Part shown: positions 24,603 to 36,817 of the stretch, in pieces
How the letters are laid out: each line of letters begins with the position of its first letter
How positions within the stretch are numbered: the first letter of the stretch is position 1
DNA from: Octopus sinensis
Taxonomy: Eukaryota
Direction: 5' to 3'
Length of the DNA: 39,804 bases
Assembly: GCF_006345805.1 (NCBI RefSeq)
Contig: NW_021835498.1
Location: forward strand, 1-39,804
Position numbers and translations under genes: made by a program
The notes under the pieces: model-generated
The model's input: the letters and a program-made list of their open reading frames with translations, nothing else
Told to the model about the DNA's origin: nothing
Database searches by the model: none

Positions 24603-24633
<31 letters not shown>

Positions 24634-24928
24634 CTATCTTTATCTCTTAATCATTTATTTACCTGTCAACCTGTCTTTCTGTCGGTCTGTCAGTCTGTCT
24701 ATGCATGTAGGTGTGCATTATACAATCTATCAATCAATCAATCAATCTATCTCTCATCTATTTATCTACCTGTCTATCTTACCTTTCTGTCTATCGATCT
24801 GCTATTCCATATACGTATGCATTCCCCCCCTCTCTCTCTCTCTCAATCTCTCTTTGTCTATGTCTATTTTTCTATCTGTCTGTCTACCATTCCATATATG
24901 TATGCGTCTCTCCCTCTCTCTCTTTCTC

Positions 24929-25009
<81 letters not shown>

Positions 25010-25340
25010 TAATGTCTTGTTCTCTTTTTTCCTTCTGTCTTATATAACTCCATTCATCCCCACCACACCCAATGCTTTATGGCAATATCATATCGACTCT
25101 TGGTGTTTCACTTTCCTACTGTTCAAGACTGCTGAACAGACAGACAATAAGATTTATAAATAGATAAACACATGTGCGCCCGCGCACACCACCCACATAC
25201 ATTTATGGATGTATGAAAACATATCGACTTGAACTTATAAGCACACACGCACACCACTGTATGTATGTATGTATGTATGTATGTATGTATGTATGTATGT
25301 ATGTATGTATGTAGTATGTATGTATGTATGTATCTATGTA

Positions 25341-26050
25341 TAAGTGCAGATTTGTATGTTTAATGTATGTCTTCTCATGCATATAGTTACATATCTAGAC
25401 ATGTTCACATGATAAACTTCTGGAAAGTTTTACAGATTTTTACAGTTCCAGTGATGGATTAGATCTGTAGTCTTCGAATTAGCTTTCTCCTTTTTGGTTT
25501 TGAGAAGCCTAATTTCTCAAGAATGGTATTCAGGCAGTTTTTTTACATATCCCAGGGCCCCAATAATTACAAGTATAAACTTGAACTTGTAATCTGGATA
25601 GGGTAATTGCAGATTTCTCAATAGTTCAACATGGGTGTTCTCTTTCTCACTGATCTTTAGCTTCATGTTAACATCCGCTGAGCAGCTAATCTCCACAACT
25701 ATGCACAGTTCTCTTCTCTATCCCCAATCATTATATCAGGTCTGTTGTGCTTACATCTTAGTAAGATCTTCACTGAGACATTCCATTAGTACTCCTTTTC
25801 ATTAAAAGTGGCTATGGCTTCTACCATACTGCTGGTTCTTATTTCTTTGTCCTTGGGATTATCCTTCCGACCGATTTCATCATTGAGTCTCCTAGCTGCA
25901 ACATGATATCTCATCGGTAGATAATACCGCAATAACATTTTCGGACAACTGTTTATAATGTGACTGATATCTTCGGTGTTAACTCCACAAAGTCTGCATC
26001 GGTTGTCACACTTTACTGCTTTCCTGCATTTCCATCACTTTTGTGCATCG
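25341..26050 (-). mobile_element. R4/Dong-like non-LTR retrotransposon 3' fragment (CCHC knuckle + restriction-like endonuclease), disrupted
   Basis: Manual minus-strand translation: CRLCGVNTEDISHIINSC, HNRPDIMI...IVVEISC, IIGALGY; flanked on both sides by (TATG)n. Not in the ORF track because of stops and frameshifts. Confidence 0.85.
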
Positions 26051-26611
26051 TATGTATGTATGTATGTATGCATGTATGTATGTATGTATGTATGTATGTA
26101 TGTATGTATGTATGTATGCATGTATGTATACGTGCTCATATATATATACTTAAATGTATGCATTCAGGTGTGAATGTATTCAGGTATTTATTAATATGTA
26201 TGCGGGTATGTACGTTTGTATGTTTGCATGCTCCTCAGTGCCTTGAACCACAACTTTTCGTGGCATACTGGAGTATTTATACAGCCAGTCACTAAAATAC
26301 CTCATGAGATATTTCTCCAGTATTAACGAGTGCCGTTTGTGTGTGTGTGTGTGTATGAGAGTGTTTGCGTGTGTGTGTGCGCGTGTATGTGCGTGTGTGT
26401 GTATGTGTGCGTGTGTATATGTATGTGTATGTATGTGTTATTTCTGTATAAGAACACATCTGTATGTGTGTGTATTCGTGGGTGGTTGTATATTTATGTG
26501 TTTGTGTGTTTGTGAGAGTGTGTATATTTGAGTATGTATGTATGCATGTGTGTGTGTGTGCGCGTGTGCATGTTAGTAAGAATATGTCTCCGTGTGTGGG
26601 TATATACATAT

Positions 26612-26830
26612 TCGTTTATTTTATGTGCTTTAGTCATTGGAGAGCGGCCATGCTGTAGCAATATTTTTAACGATCTCCATAGCATCTTTCAGCCTTGTAT
26701 TTCCGTCCACCAAATTCCCGACCCAAAGTATGGGTTAGCCTGAAGTTATTGAAGAAGATACTGGTTGCCCAATAGACCACGTAACAGAATTGAACCAGCT
26801 CCTACGTGATTGCAAAGCTAGCATTTTAAC
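26612..26830 (-). mobile_element. Degenerate, internally deleted SINE family A
   Basis: agtcattggagagcggccatgctg, ttccgtccaccaaatt, gaagatactggttgcccaa match family A in reverse. Confidence 0.6.
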
Positions 26831-26910
26831 CAAATAGCTATTGTTGTCTCTATAATATGCAAGATGTAAATTATAGTTACGAGGACTGAGCAAAAAAGTA
26901 TCAAGAAAGC

Positions 26911-26945
26911 TATTGGGTTGGTGCATAATTATTGCGGCTTTTTTT
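26911..26945 (+). mobile_element. Solo mariner-type terminal inverted repeat
   Basis: tattgggttggtgcataattattgcggctttt resembles the Hsmar1/MADE1-type TIR ttaggttggtgcaaaagtaattgcggtt; no partner end found. Confidence 0.55.
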
Positions 26946-27223
26946 CAATAAATTCTATTCAACAAAACCATATATATGTATATATATGTACACTTAAAAT
27001 AATAGGGGTGAAAAATTCAATGTTAATTTGATTAATATCAATTTAAAACCAGTGGTCTAGCATATTAAAATCTGAAGATTCAGAAAAAGTATGTTACATA
27101 CATATAAGTGGAATGACCACTACGTGGACATACATTATGCTAGAAGTAGATCTGCTATGGTCTTACCACTAAGAAAGGAATGTTCTCAAGAAAATTTAGC
27201 AAACGCCACATATACGCCTGAAC

Positions 27224-27273
<50 letters not shown>

Positions 27274-27288
27274 GTATGTATGTGTGTA

Positions 27289-27342
<54 letters not shown>

Positions 27343-27366
27343 CATATGCATATACATATATATATA

Positions 27367-27407
<41 letters not shown>

Positions 27408-28837
27408 GTTGTATGTATGTATGTATTTATGGGTGTATGTATGAATATATAGATGCATGTCTAAAGTGTTGGGAATTCATGAAACATGCTCTCTGCTATT
27501 ACGATGAGTAGTTGTGTTTATCCAGTTGGGTGGATTTGAACAAAGAATTTCTAGTTTCACTAGTTTTAACATGATCTTGATCTTCACTGACGTCACTAAA
27601 ATCTATATGTAGTATATATGAGTGTGTAGGTGTATGTATGTATATATGTTTGAATGTAAACACGTATGCGTGAGTGAAACCGGTTGACTGAATAGGTAAG
27701 CATAAAATTGGCTAATACGATTATTCATTCACTGTTAAAAACGTGCAGGCAATAAATAACTGTTTTCTAAAATTACATGTTGTCGCACAATTGCTGTCAA
27801 TGCAAGCGCTTTGTGACTGTGTGAGGTTTTGACATATTCTCATACAATGGATAGTGTTTACAATAGTAAACTAGAGTTAGATATTGCGGTTAGCTTTAGT
27901 TTATATTTTGCGTCACTTTAACCGTTGCCCAAAATTATTGACTTCTCATTTAATCTTAAAAGATAATATCCAGTTTGAGTGTTGGAAATGCTTTGTCTTT
28001 CTCAAATCCTGGATGTGTGTGTCTCTATATCTATATAAGGACTTCTTACATACAGGTCTGTGCCAATGATACTAAACCTACGAATACCATTCTTCTGGAT
28101 TACTCCTCTTCCATTTTTTTCCTATTATATATATTTGACCCCTAATATATTCACTTGATTAATAAGACTTTTGTCCTCAATTAATAAGTATTATGCCTAC
28201 TTATAATAAGTGATAGATTTTTCTCCAAACTGAATAAATATTAGATTTATAATTTCTCCTTTAATCCAACGTATTAAAATACTCAAAACCTATCAGCTGA
28301 TTATAAAGTTGATGTATATAAGTTTTAAAAAATCTCTGCATTCTCTATGAGTGGTCATTGTAACCATTTGACAGTAACCTAGTTTTTCTAATGCTAAATC
28401 TGTTTGCCAAATAGTAGTAAAAGGCTTCTGTAGTGTGACAACCATTTCTCTCTACCTCAATTTCTTTATATAGAACTTTGACATTTATTTCACCCCTATT
28501 TCTGTAAATGGAAAATCTTTTTTGTCTCCTTTTAATTGTTCATTCTTCTCAAAACCTTCTAGCAGTTTAAAACAACTGAATATTCTTCAGTCACTTGATA
28601 AACTCCACTACTGTAAATGTTCTTAAAATTTAAATCCACACCTTTGTCTATATAGCTACCTTCTCTATAATGTTATCAATTGAGATGAAAATTGTGTATT
28701 AATGGAAAACCTCTATTAATGGCTGATGAGTGCTCAGCATTTTAAAACTGTTGTAATACTTACAACATTTAATAAAATGATGTAGCGTGAAACGATCGTA
28801 CCAAATCACCGAAGTTATTCTTGTTGCTTATTTTGAG

Positions 28838-28870
<33 letters not shown>

Positions 28871-29103
28871 TCTTTTACTCTTTTACTCAAATGACTGAGG
28901 CCATGCTGGAGTACCGCCTTTAGTCGAGCAAATGGACCCCAGGACTTATTCTTTGTAAGCCTAGTACTTATTCTATCGGTCTCTTTTGCCGAACCGCTAA
29001 GTTATGGGAAAGTAAATACACCAGCATCGGTTGTCAAGTGATGTTAGGGGGACAAACACAGACACACAAACATATACACACATACATACATAGATACATA
29101 TAT

Positions 29104-29145
<42 letters not shown>

Positions 29146-29292
29146 ACCAAAAGGGTAATGTATGTATATACACTCATATACACGACGGGCTTCTGTCAGT
29201 TTCCGTCTACCAAATCCACTCACAAGGCTTTGGTCGTCCCGAGGCTATACTAGAAGACACTTGCTCAAGGTGCCACACAGTGGGACTGAACC
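28871..29292 (-). mobile_element. SINE family A (5'-clipped) with expanded internal microsatellite
   Basis: Reverse-complement match to 20500-20908. Confidence 0.92.
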
Positions 29293-29352
29293 ATAGCATT
29301 AATTATTAGTTGAAGATGGATTTCGTATTAGGCTTTTATAAGGTACAACATC

Positions 29353-30209
29353 CAGGGGTTCGACAAAATAATGGAAAAATCTAGCATCATGGCATCATAA
29401 TTTTGAAATATCTATAAAACCGTCAAAAGCTTGTTTATTTTTATGTTTTTTTATTTATTATTAGTGTTGCTAAATACGTTTTGCTAAAATTGCTGTTTCG
29501 TTTCAGACATCACCAGAAAAAGGTAATTAAAATTCATTAAAATGACAGATCTATCGCACTTTCAAAGAGGTCAAATTGTTGGTACTCGTATGGCGGGCGG
29601 TAGCGTAACAAAAACAGCAGAAATGTTTGGTCTATCAAGAAGGACTGTCTCGAAAGTAATAAAAGTCTTTGAGAAGGAAGAAAAAACTTCCTCGTCGAAA
29701 CTCCGGAAGAAAACCAAAACTTTCAGATAGGGACCGTCGCAAATTTTTAGAAAGGATCACAAAAGTACAGCTCCCAAAATTACTGCAGAGCTTAATGATC
29801 ATCTCGAGAAACCAGTTCCCTCAGAAACTGTTCGCTAGGAGCTGCACAAAGCCGGATTTTACGGGAGGGCAGCAATCTGAAGACCACTATTTCAAAAACA
29901 AATGTTGCAAAGCGTTTAGAGTGGAGTAAAAACCTACAGAATTGGTCTCTAGAGCAGTGGAAGAATGTTATTTTCTCGAACGAGTCATCCTTTACCTCAT
30001 TTCCGACCACCGGCCGAGTAAATGTGTGGAAACAGCCAAAAGAATTATTTGACCCAGACTGCCTTCTTCCAACTGTTAAACATGGAGGAGGATTTGTGAT
30101 GATCGGTGGGTGGGGGGGCTATATCTTGGAAATCCGCCGGCCCAATGGATTCTTTTCATGACTGAATTAATAGTTAAGACTATTTAAGCATTTCATCTGA
30201 TCAAATTCA
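29353..30209 (+). mobile_element. Tc1-like DNA transposon, 5' half, frameshifted transposase
   Basis: TIR-like caggggttcgacaaaataatggaa; MTDLSHFQRGQIVG HTH, SGRKPKLSDRDRR, WKNVIFSNESSF, PTVKHGGGFVMI. Confidence 0.9.
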
Positions 30210-30236
30210 GACAGATAGATAGATAGATAGATAGAT

Positions 30237-30280
<44 letters not shown>

Positions 30281-33200
30281 GTTTCTTTATTGGCCACACA
30301 GGGCTGCACACAGATGGGACAAGTTACAAGGTAGAGCTTTTCTTTTGGGGGATGAAGAGAACAAAAAGCAAAAGAAAAAAAGGGGTGGCGTAGGTTTTCG
30401 ATCAAGAGGGATCGTAAAAGGGAAGAAAAGAACAAAAACAAAAAAAAATTGAATAAAATAAAAGGAATAAAAAGAAAGAAAAAAAAGGAAAAGGAACAAA
30501 AGGAAAGAGAAATGAAAAAAGAAGAAAAAGGGGAAAAAACAGGGGAAGAGGAAAAAAAGAACGATCAATAGGATCGTGTATCACTGTTATGATATATGGT
30601 GTAAAGGGGAAAGCAAGTAAGGTTTATCCGTGGGAAGAAAAGCCTACGAAAAAGACCACGGTAACCTTGGTCAATATTGTTATATGTTACCACATTTGTT
30701 TGCAAGTGGGTAACCTTCTGTTTTCAATTTCTGGGTTCATAGGATTATGCTCAAGGTGGCTTCGTCATTCATACGTGCCATCCTTGCTACATTCACCCAT
30801 CTTTTTTTAAAACATTCGCTAGACAAAACTTGCCTCTCTACTCTCACTTTCCTTTCAATGGTACTTGAAGAAGTTGATGAGAGATTGACCAGAGAGGAAA
30901 GTGTTTGTCTCCAATCCTTTCAGACGCGTCCACCAGATACATTCTTTCGCCATAGCCACAAGGATGATGAAAATAGCTCTTCCTTCCCGTTTGAAGGAAG
31001 GAGGCGTGACAATATTGACGATAGACTCAGCTGATAAACCGACTCGTCCCACACGTGACAGCAGTTGTTCGACATAAGCCCACAGGTCGGAAATTGTTGG
31101 ACACTGCATGAGTGCGTGCAGAACGGTTTCGTCGCTCTGACCGCATCTCGAGCAGGTCGGCCCCGTGTTTCTCGAGCCGTGTCTGTAGAGCTTATCCCGA
31201 ACGGGTAGCGCTTCTCGGTAGCACTGCCAGGCCAGGGATCTGGAAGTTGTCCATGGGCCCTGGCCCGAAAGTCGTCCTGAACAGGCGGGTCAGGTACTCC
31301 TCGTCGACGTCCAGGTTCGCCCCGAGCTCGTCGTCGTACCTCCCCTCCACTAATCCTCTATAGAATGCTTTGGTTGTGTTGAAGTCACTCAAGGTCGACC
31401 CGGGACGGCAGAGTTGCTTGAGAGCAACGCGACACTCGCGGTGCCAATCGCCCTTCCTCGGCCTCTTTTTGATCCACGACTGCAGTTCGGTCATGGAGAC
31501 GAGCTGCGGGAAAGCGTGCCTCACAAACGGCGACCACACCTGTTCACCGTCGTCTACATAGAGCCAGAGATGTCGCAGTCTCAGCGCGTGTCTGCGCATC
31601 ATCAACCACGGCATGCCCAGCCCTCCTTTTAACGGGTGTTGACAGCAAATGGATCGCCTGGCCATCGGGACGCATCCTTTCCACGAGAAGCGAAAGAGAA
31701 TGCGTTGTAGTTTGGTGATGGTAGGGTCGGGGCAAGGTTCGACGGTCAGGCGGTAGTAGATGACGGACGCCACCTCCGCCCGACCTTTTAGGGACAGTTT
31801 CCTCTCGGCCCATTGCCGGGCGAGAGTGACCACCCTACTCGTTATCTCGTTCCAGTTCTTCTCCACTTGGAGGTCCGGACCAAACCAGACCCCGAGCAAC
31901 TCAACCGGGCCGTCGGTCCAGCGTCCCACGACGGAGGCGCTGGTGGACGACATGGGCTTGCTTCTCCAGGTGCCTAGTCGCAAGTCCACTGACTTTTCCC
32001 GGTTGATTTTCGCTCCTGTCACCGCTTCGTAGTTTTTCAGTGTCTCGCCGACCTGCTCGATGTGCTCGTGGCTAGACACTATGACGGTGACGTCGTCCGC
32101 GTATGCAGACACGCTCGTCCCGCATCCCAGTTCTCGCGGGATGCCCCTCAAAGTTGCCAGCTTCCGCAATAATGGCTCGAGAGTCAATACGTATAGAAGC
32201 GACGAGAGGGGGCATCCCTGACGGACCGAACGTGCGATGTCGAAGGGTCTCAACAGATGTCCATTCACGCGAATTACCGAACGGATGCCTCTGTACAAAG
32301 CGGCTATCCAGCCGCGGAATACGGGACCGAAGCCTGCCGCTCTGAGGACCGCCTCCAAGTATCGATGGTCTACCCTATCGAAAGCTTTCGATTGATCCAA
32401 ATTGATCAGCGCCCCACCCATGCCAGGTTCGTTAACTACCCTGTCTATGATGTAGCGCATCAGGTGGAGGTTGTCATGGATGGTCCGGCACGGCACGGCG
32501 CATGTTTGCGCCTTGTCGACCAGTTTCTCGATGACAAGCGCCAACCTCTTGGCTAGCACCTTGGCCAGAATTTTCAAGTCTGCATTAAGCAGAGTGATGA
32601 GCCTAAAGTTATCTATTACATTTCCCTTGTTTAGATCTTTCTTCAGCAGTGTTACGGCTCCTCGGCTCACAAAACCAGGAATGCTCCCGTTTTGCTGCCA
32701 GTTGCAGTACACCGCCGCCAAGAGATCTCCAAACAAGTCTGGCATACAATTGGAAAGCTCGTAGGGTAGACCATCCAAACCCGGTGATTTGTCCCTCGAG
32801 CATTCTGCCATCGCCTCCTGCACTTCCGCCGCCGTGATGGCACCTTCGCAGCACCCTGCCTTTCTTGTCGAGAGTTGTGGTAGGCTATGTAGGTAGGCAC
32901 TGAAGTCCACCCTACGTTCTTGCCCTCCACTCGTCCCGAACAGTCGGGCAAAATGCTGCTGAAAGGCCTCACACATTTTACTTGGCTCGAGCAATTCGCG
33001 CCCCTATTCATCTACCAGGGACCGAATGGTGGCTTTGTTGCCCTGTTGCGCCTCTGCCACCCGGGCCTCTCTCGCGGCTCCAACACCTTCGTTCCTTAGA
33101 GCACGCATCCTAGCTCTGACAGCACATCCTTCGTGTTTGGCGTTGAAGTGTTGGTCGAGGGCCAACCTCGTCGCCAAAACGTCGGATGCGATGCCGCTTC

Positions 33201-33285
33201 TAATTGCCTCTTCTAGCTTCTTAACTAGCTCACCCTCAACTCTATTTCTATCTATGGCTAGTGCTTTGCTGTACCTAATCGCTTC
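30281..33285 (-). mobile_element. Tx1/L1-clade LINE, 5'-truncated ORF2 (RT + C-terminal CCHC) with 3' UTR
   Basis: ORF 31192..32994: KSPGLDGL, LDQSKAFDRV, VRQGCPLS, YADD, LSLKGR, GGLG; downstream CSRCGQSDETVLHALMQC; ends AATAAAgaaac next to (TATC)n. Frameshifts near 33000 and 31240. Confidence 0.93.
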
Positions 33286-33718
33286 ATAGATGGATGGATG
33301 GATAATCCAATACAAGGAAACAAGATCGTCTTATTGGGGTGAAAACATCAAAGTTTCACTGGTTTATCTGGTTTAATACCCAATGTAATAGAAAAATGTT
33401 TCAACAATATAAGTTTTTATATACAATATACAAAATAATAAAAAGAAAACAGAGTGTTCAAAGTGTCATATGTTAATTTATTAACATAATATTTATAATC
33501 CCTACAATGGTTTCGATTCAAACTCAGAATCAATAACAAATTTATAAGAATTCATATTTTGGAAACATTTTGAGAAAAACCTTGTCCGAGTAAATCAGGA
33601 TAAAAAATTACACATTAGAAGTTTAAAATCCTTAAATAGACTGAGTTAATCAATACACACACATGTGTATGTGTTTGTGTGTGTATGTGTGTGTATGTGT
33701 GTGTGTATGTGTGTGTGC

Positions 33719-33789
<71 letters not shown>

Positions 33790-33791
<2 letters not shown>

Positions 33792-34150
33792 ATACCAACT
33801 ACCGAACTAGACGGCACTGCATACTATCAAAGATACCGTCTTCTTCATCTCAGATAAGTACCCAGTATGGCAATAGGTTGAGTTTCACCAAACAATAACT
33901 ATTCAATATTCTGCCAAGGAACCTAAGAGATCTGCAAGGTGTAGATGCGGAAACGTTCAAAAAGTACCTTGACAAATTTATACCTGAAATCCCAGATGAA
34001 CCCACATCGCGACAACATACACAAGGAAGAGCAGCTTCGTCCAACTCGCTTCTGCATCAAAAACAGTACCGAAAGACCCAAAATCATGAATAGGCGGTGC
34101 TCCAGCATGGCCCCGGCCTCTGACTGAAACCAATAAAAGAATAACTGAAA
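33790..34150 (+). mobile_element. CR1/L2-group LINE 3' end with the same tail as SINE family A
   Basis: LFNILPRNLRDLQGVDAETFKKYLDKFIPEIPDEP...RAASSNSLLHQ followed by aggcggtgctccagcatggcc...tgactgaaac. Confidence 0.72.
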
Positions 34151-34189
34151 GAACACACACACACACACACACACACAGCCATGGTCACA

Positions 34190-34666
34190 GTATCTCCAGA
34201 CCCACACTCGACCACTGTCAGGAAATACTGTAAATCTGGACTCATCAGAGAATATGACAGTGTCCCAAAATGCTAAAGGCCTCTCCACAGCAACTTGTTC
34301 TGCTATGTCAGAGGTCTTGCAACGGAGATTATCCTCCACACTTTCTTTAACAAAGAGAAGGGTCCTGTCAGAGGGCCCTGGTTGATCTGGGTGAGGTGAT
34401 GTGGACTCCTTCCTCTCTTTGGTGAATTGCACAATCACTCTATTAACTGTAGAAAGCAGGATCCCAAGGTTTTCTGCGATTTTACGCTACGGCCTCTTTG
34501 AAATTCAGACAGTTCCACGGCTTTTTTTGTATGTGGCATGATTAAACAGTCACATATAGAACCTGAAACATAAAAATGTCAATTAATGAAGAATATAAAC
34601 CTTTACAAGTTAGAATAAACATAAAACAATGTTTTATGGAGTGTATATTTACTTCTGTCACGTCTG

Positions 34667-34668
<2 letters not shown>
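34190..34668 (-). mobile_element. Second Tc1-like transposon relic (internally deleted)
   Basis: ELSEFQRG, LSTVNRVI and WDTVIFSDESRFTVFPDSGRVWVWR on the minus strand; TA-bounded TIR-like end at 34668. Confidence 0.82.
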
Positions 34669-34721
<53 letters not shown>

Positions 34722-34746
34722 ACACGCACGTACGCACACACAAACA

Positions 34747-34786
<40 letters not shown>

Positions 34787-35335
34787 ATGGGCTTCTCACA
34801 TGATTTACTCATATGGCGATGGTTAGCTTAGCGATTCGATAATTACGGAATCCAAAGAAAAACAGGTTTGTCGGTGAAACAGTGTATCTTGCCTCCACTT
34901 TTGCCTTGCACGGCTGTTTTCTGGGCATTACTTTTTTGTTTATGTATGCATGTATGTATGTGTGTATGTATATACGATGGCGTGAACGTAATGTGTATGT
35001 ACGTATGTATATAAGTATATATCCGGAATATTATGGAAAACAACCGCTAATCTTTTCTTATTGTTTTATTTCTCCCAGTGACACAATTATCCTAAGTCTC
35101 CTTGTTGACAATATAACACTACTTAACACGAGGGCCAGTTAATATCCTTAAACACAGCACAACCATTGTGCTCATCCCAGCCTTTCCTTTTCCCAATTAA
35201 AAAAAAACAAAAACAAAAACAAAAACAATAAGCGTTGAATGTGGAATTAACAATTTAAAAATGCACTTTCAATGCACGATTGTCCCTCAAGTCAAAATCC
35301 ACAAGCGGCTACATTAAATAGGATTTGCTTATTTT

Positions 35336-35381
<46 letters not shown>

Positions 35382-35487
35382 CTCTCTCTCTCTCTGTATA
35401 TATATATGTGTGTGTTTGTATATATATGTATATTATATGTATATGTATATGTATATATGTATATGTATGTATATGTATATATATGTA

Positions 35488-35566
<79 letters not shown>

Positions 35567-35580
35567 ATATATATATATAT

Positions 35581-35856
35581 ATTGTTGTATTTGGAGATGG
35601 TCATGTTCCCAGTTTAACCAATGAAAACAGACACACTATAATATATTCGGTGTTCACTTGCTTCAGCTTTATTCTATATTAATTGTATTTCGGCCAAAGT
35701 TCTTTCGTCACACTTCTGTGACCTCATCAGTGGTCCTTTGCTTTCTGCTTTCTTCTGTTCTTTTTTTTTTTTTTTTGTCTCTCCTTACCAACGATCTGCC
35801 ATTTTAACTCTGGCCGAAATACAATTAGTATAAAATAAAGCTGCAGCAAGTGAACA
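35581..35856 (-). mobile_element. (TA)n-adjacent hammerhead element with 46-bp inverted repeat (35651-35696 / 35811-35856)
   Basis: Arms reverse-complementary with 3 mismatches; canonical hammerhead core between them. Confidence 0.7.
35692..35736 (-). ncRNA. Minimal type I hammerhead ribozyme (canonical CUGAUGA core, CUU site)
   Basis: Minus strand ggacca-CTGATGA-g-gtcac-agaagt-gtgac-GAAA-gaac-TT-tggcc; stem I has one bulge. Confidence 0.72.
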
Positions 35857-36385
35857 TTTTCGCAATATTTAGCTTTTTTTTTATTTCCATAAAGGCAAGA
35901 AATCTGCTGAGGTTCACAGAGAGATATGTAAAGTTCATGGCGTTGATTGCTTTACGGAACGCACATGTCAGAAATGGCTAAAAAAAATTCTGTTCTGGAG
36001 ATTTTTCACTCAAAGATGACCATCATTCTGGTCGACTACTGAAGTTGATGATGACCGAATCAAAGCCATAATTGAATCTGATTGTCATATAACTGTGCGC
36101 GAGGTTGCAGAGAGGTTAAATGTATCATACACAACAACTGAAAATCACTTAAAGAAGTCTTAGACTCGTTAAGAAGCTCGATATTTGGGTTCCACATAAA
36201 TTGAAAGAGATTCACATGACACAACGAGTCAATGTTTGCGACATGCATCTCAAACGCAATGAAACGAATTATCACCGGTGAGGAAAAATGGATTGTCTAC
36301 AATAACATCAATCGAAAACTATCACAGTCCAAATGTAATGAACCAACACAAACTACATCGAAAGCTGAATTGCATTAAAAAAAGG
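35855..36385 (+). mobile_element. Mariner transposase relic
   Basis: FHKGKKSAEVHREICKVHG, SGDFSLKDD, TVREVAERLNVS, DIWVPHKL (WVPHEL motif), ITGEEKWIVYNN; frameshifted. Confidence 0.9.
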
Positions 36386-36594
36386 TGTGACCGCGCGTGT
36401 ACCGTTGGCGATTTTTCTTTCCTCCATCTTCCCTTCTTTGGATCTTTCCTTTTCCTATGTTTCCGACGAAGAGCTCCGCTCGAAACGTTAAACCCTCCTT
36501 CTTTCCTTCCTTCCTGAGCGTCCAATAATACTATATTTGTTCCACGTCCTCCCTTTGTTGTGTTTTCTCTTTGTGTTTTCATGTTTGGATTAAC
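36386..36594 (+). mobile_element. Solo 3' end (pLTR) of a Neptune-type Penelope-like element
   Basis: Same layout as 10620-10838: pyrimidine tract, cgaagagc...gctcgaaacgt, ttcctgagcg, tatttgtt, then (TA)n. Confidence 0.75.
36459..36493 (+). ncRNA. Minimal hammerhead variant (core CCGACGA, GUU site)
   Basis: gttt-CCGACGA-a-gagc-tcc-gctc-GAAA-c-GTT-aaac. Confidence 0.65.
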
Positions 36595-36699
36595 TATATA
36601 TATATATAATATATATAACAATTGCAGCGTGGAAGGTGTTTATAAGCCATTTAAGAAACACACAAAAGCCGTTCGATTCACTTCAACATTTAAGTTTAA

Positions 36700-36749
36700 T
36701 TTGTCAAAATATTTTCGTTGCTAAAATCCGCGACCTGTTCACTGACAAA
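36700..36749 (-). ncRNA. Hammerhead variant with G3-C8 core, left arm of palindrome
   Basis: Mirror image of 36768-36817 with one stem II mismatch. Confidence 0.6.
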
Positions 36750-36767
36750 GTCCGATGCAGCACGGAC

Positions 36768-36817
36768 TTTGTCAGTGAACAGGTCGCGGATTTTAGCGAC
36801 GAAAATATTTTGACAAA
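36768..36817 (+). ncRNA. Hammerhead variant with compensatory G3-C8 core (GUGAACA), UUU site
   Basis: tttgtca-GTGAACA-g-gtcgc-ggatttta-gcgac-GAAA-atat-TT-tgacaaa: 7-bp stem I, 5-bp stem II, palindromic stem III AATATT. Confidence 0.7.

Noticed and set aside
27072-27086. CTGAAGA-ttca-GAAA in a TA-flanked element
   Set aside because: No stem II and no stem I complement; not counted as a hammerhead.
28723-28760. CTGATGA followed by small gtgct/agcat stem
   Set aside because: GAAA and stems I/III absent.
33498-33535. Minus-strand gattc/gaatc stem + GAAAC in AT-rich insert
   Set aside because: No CUGANGA-like core upstream; at best a decayed remnant.
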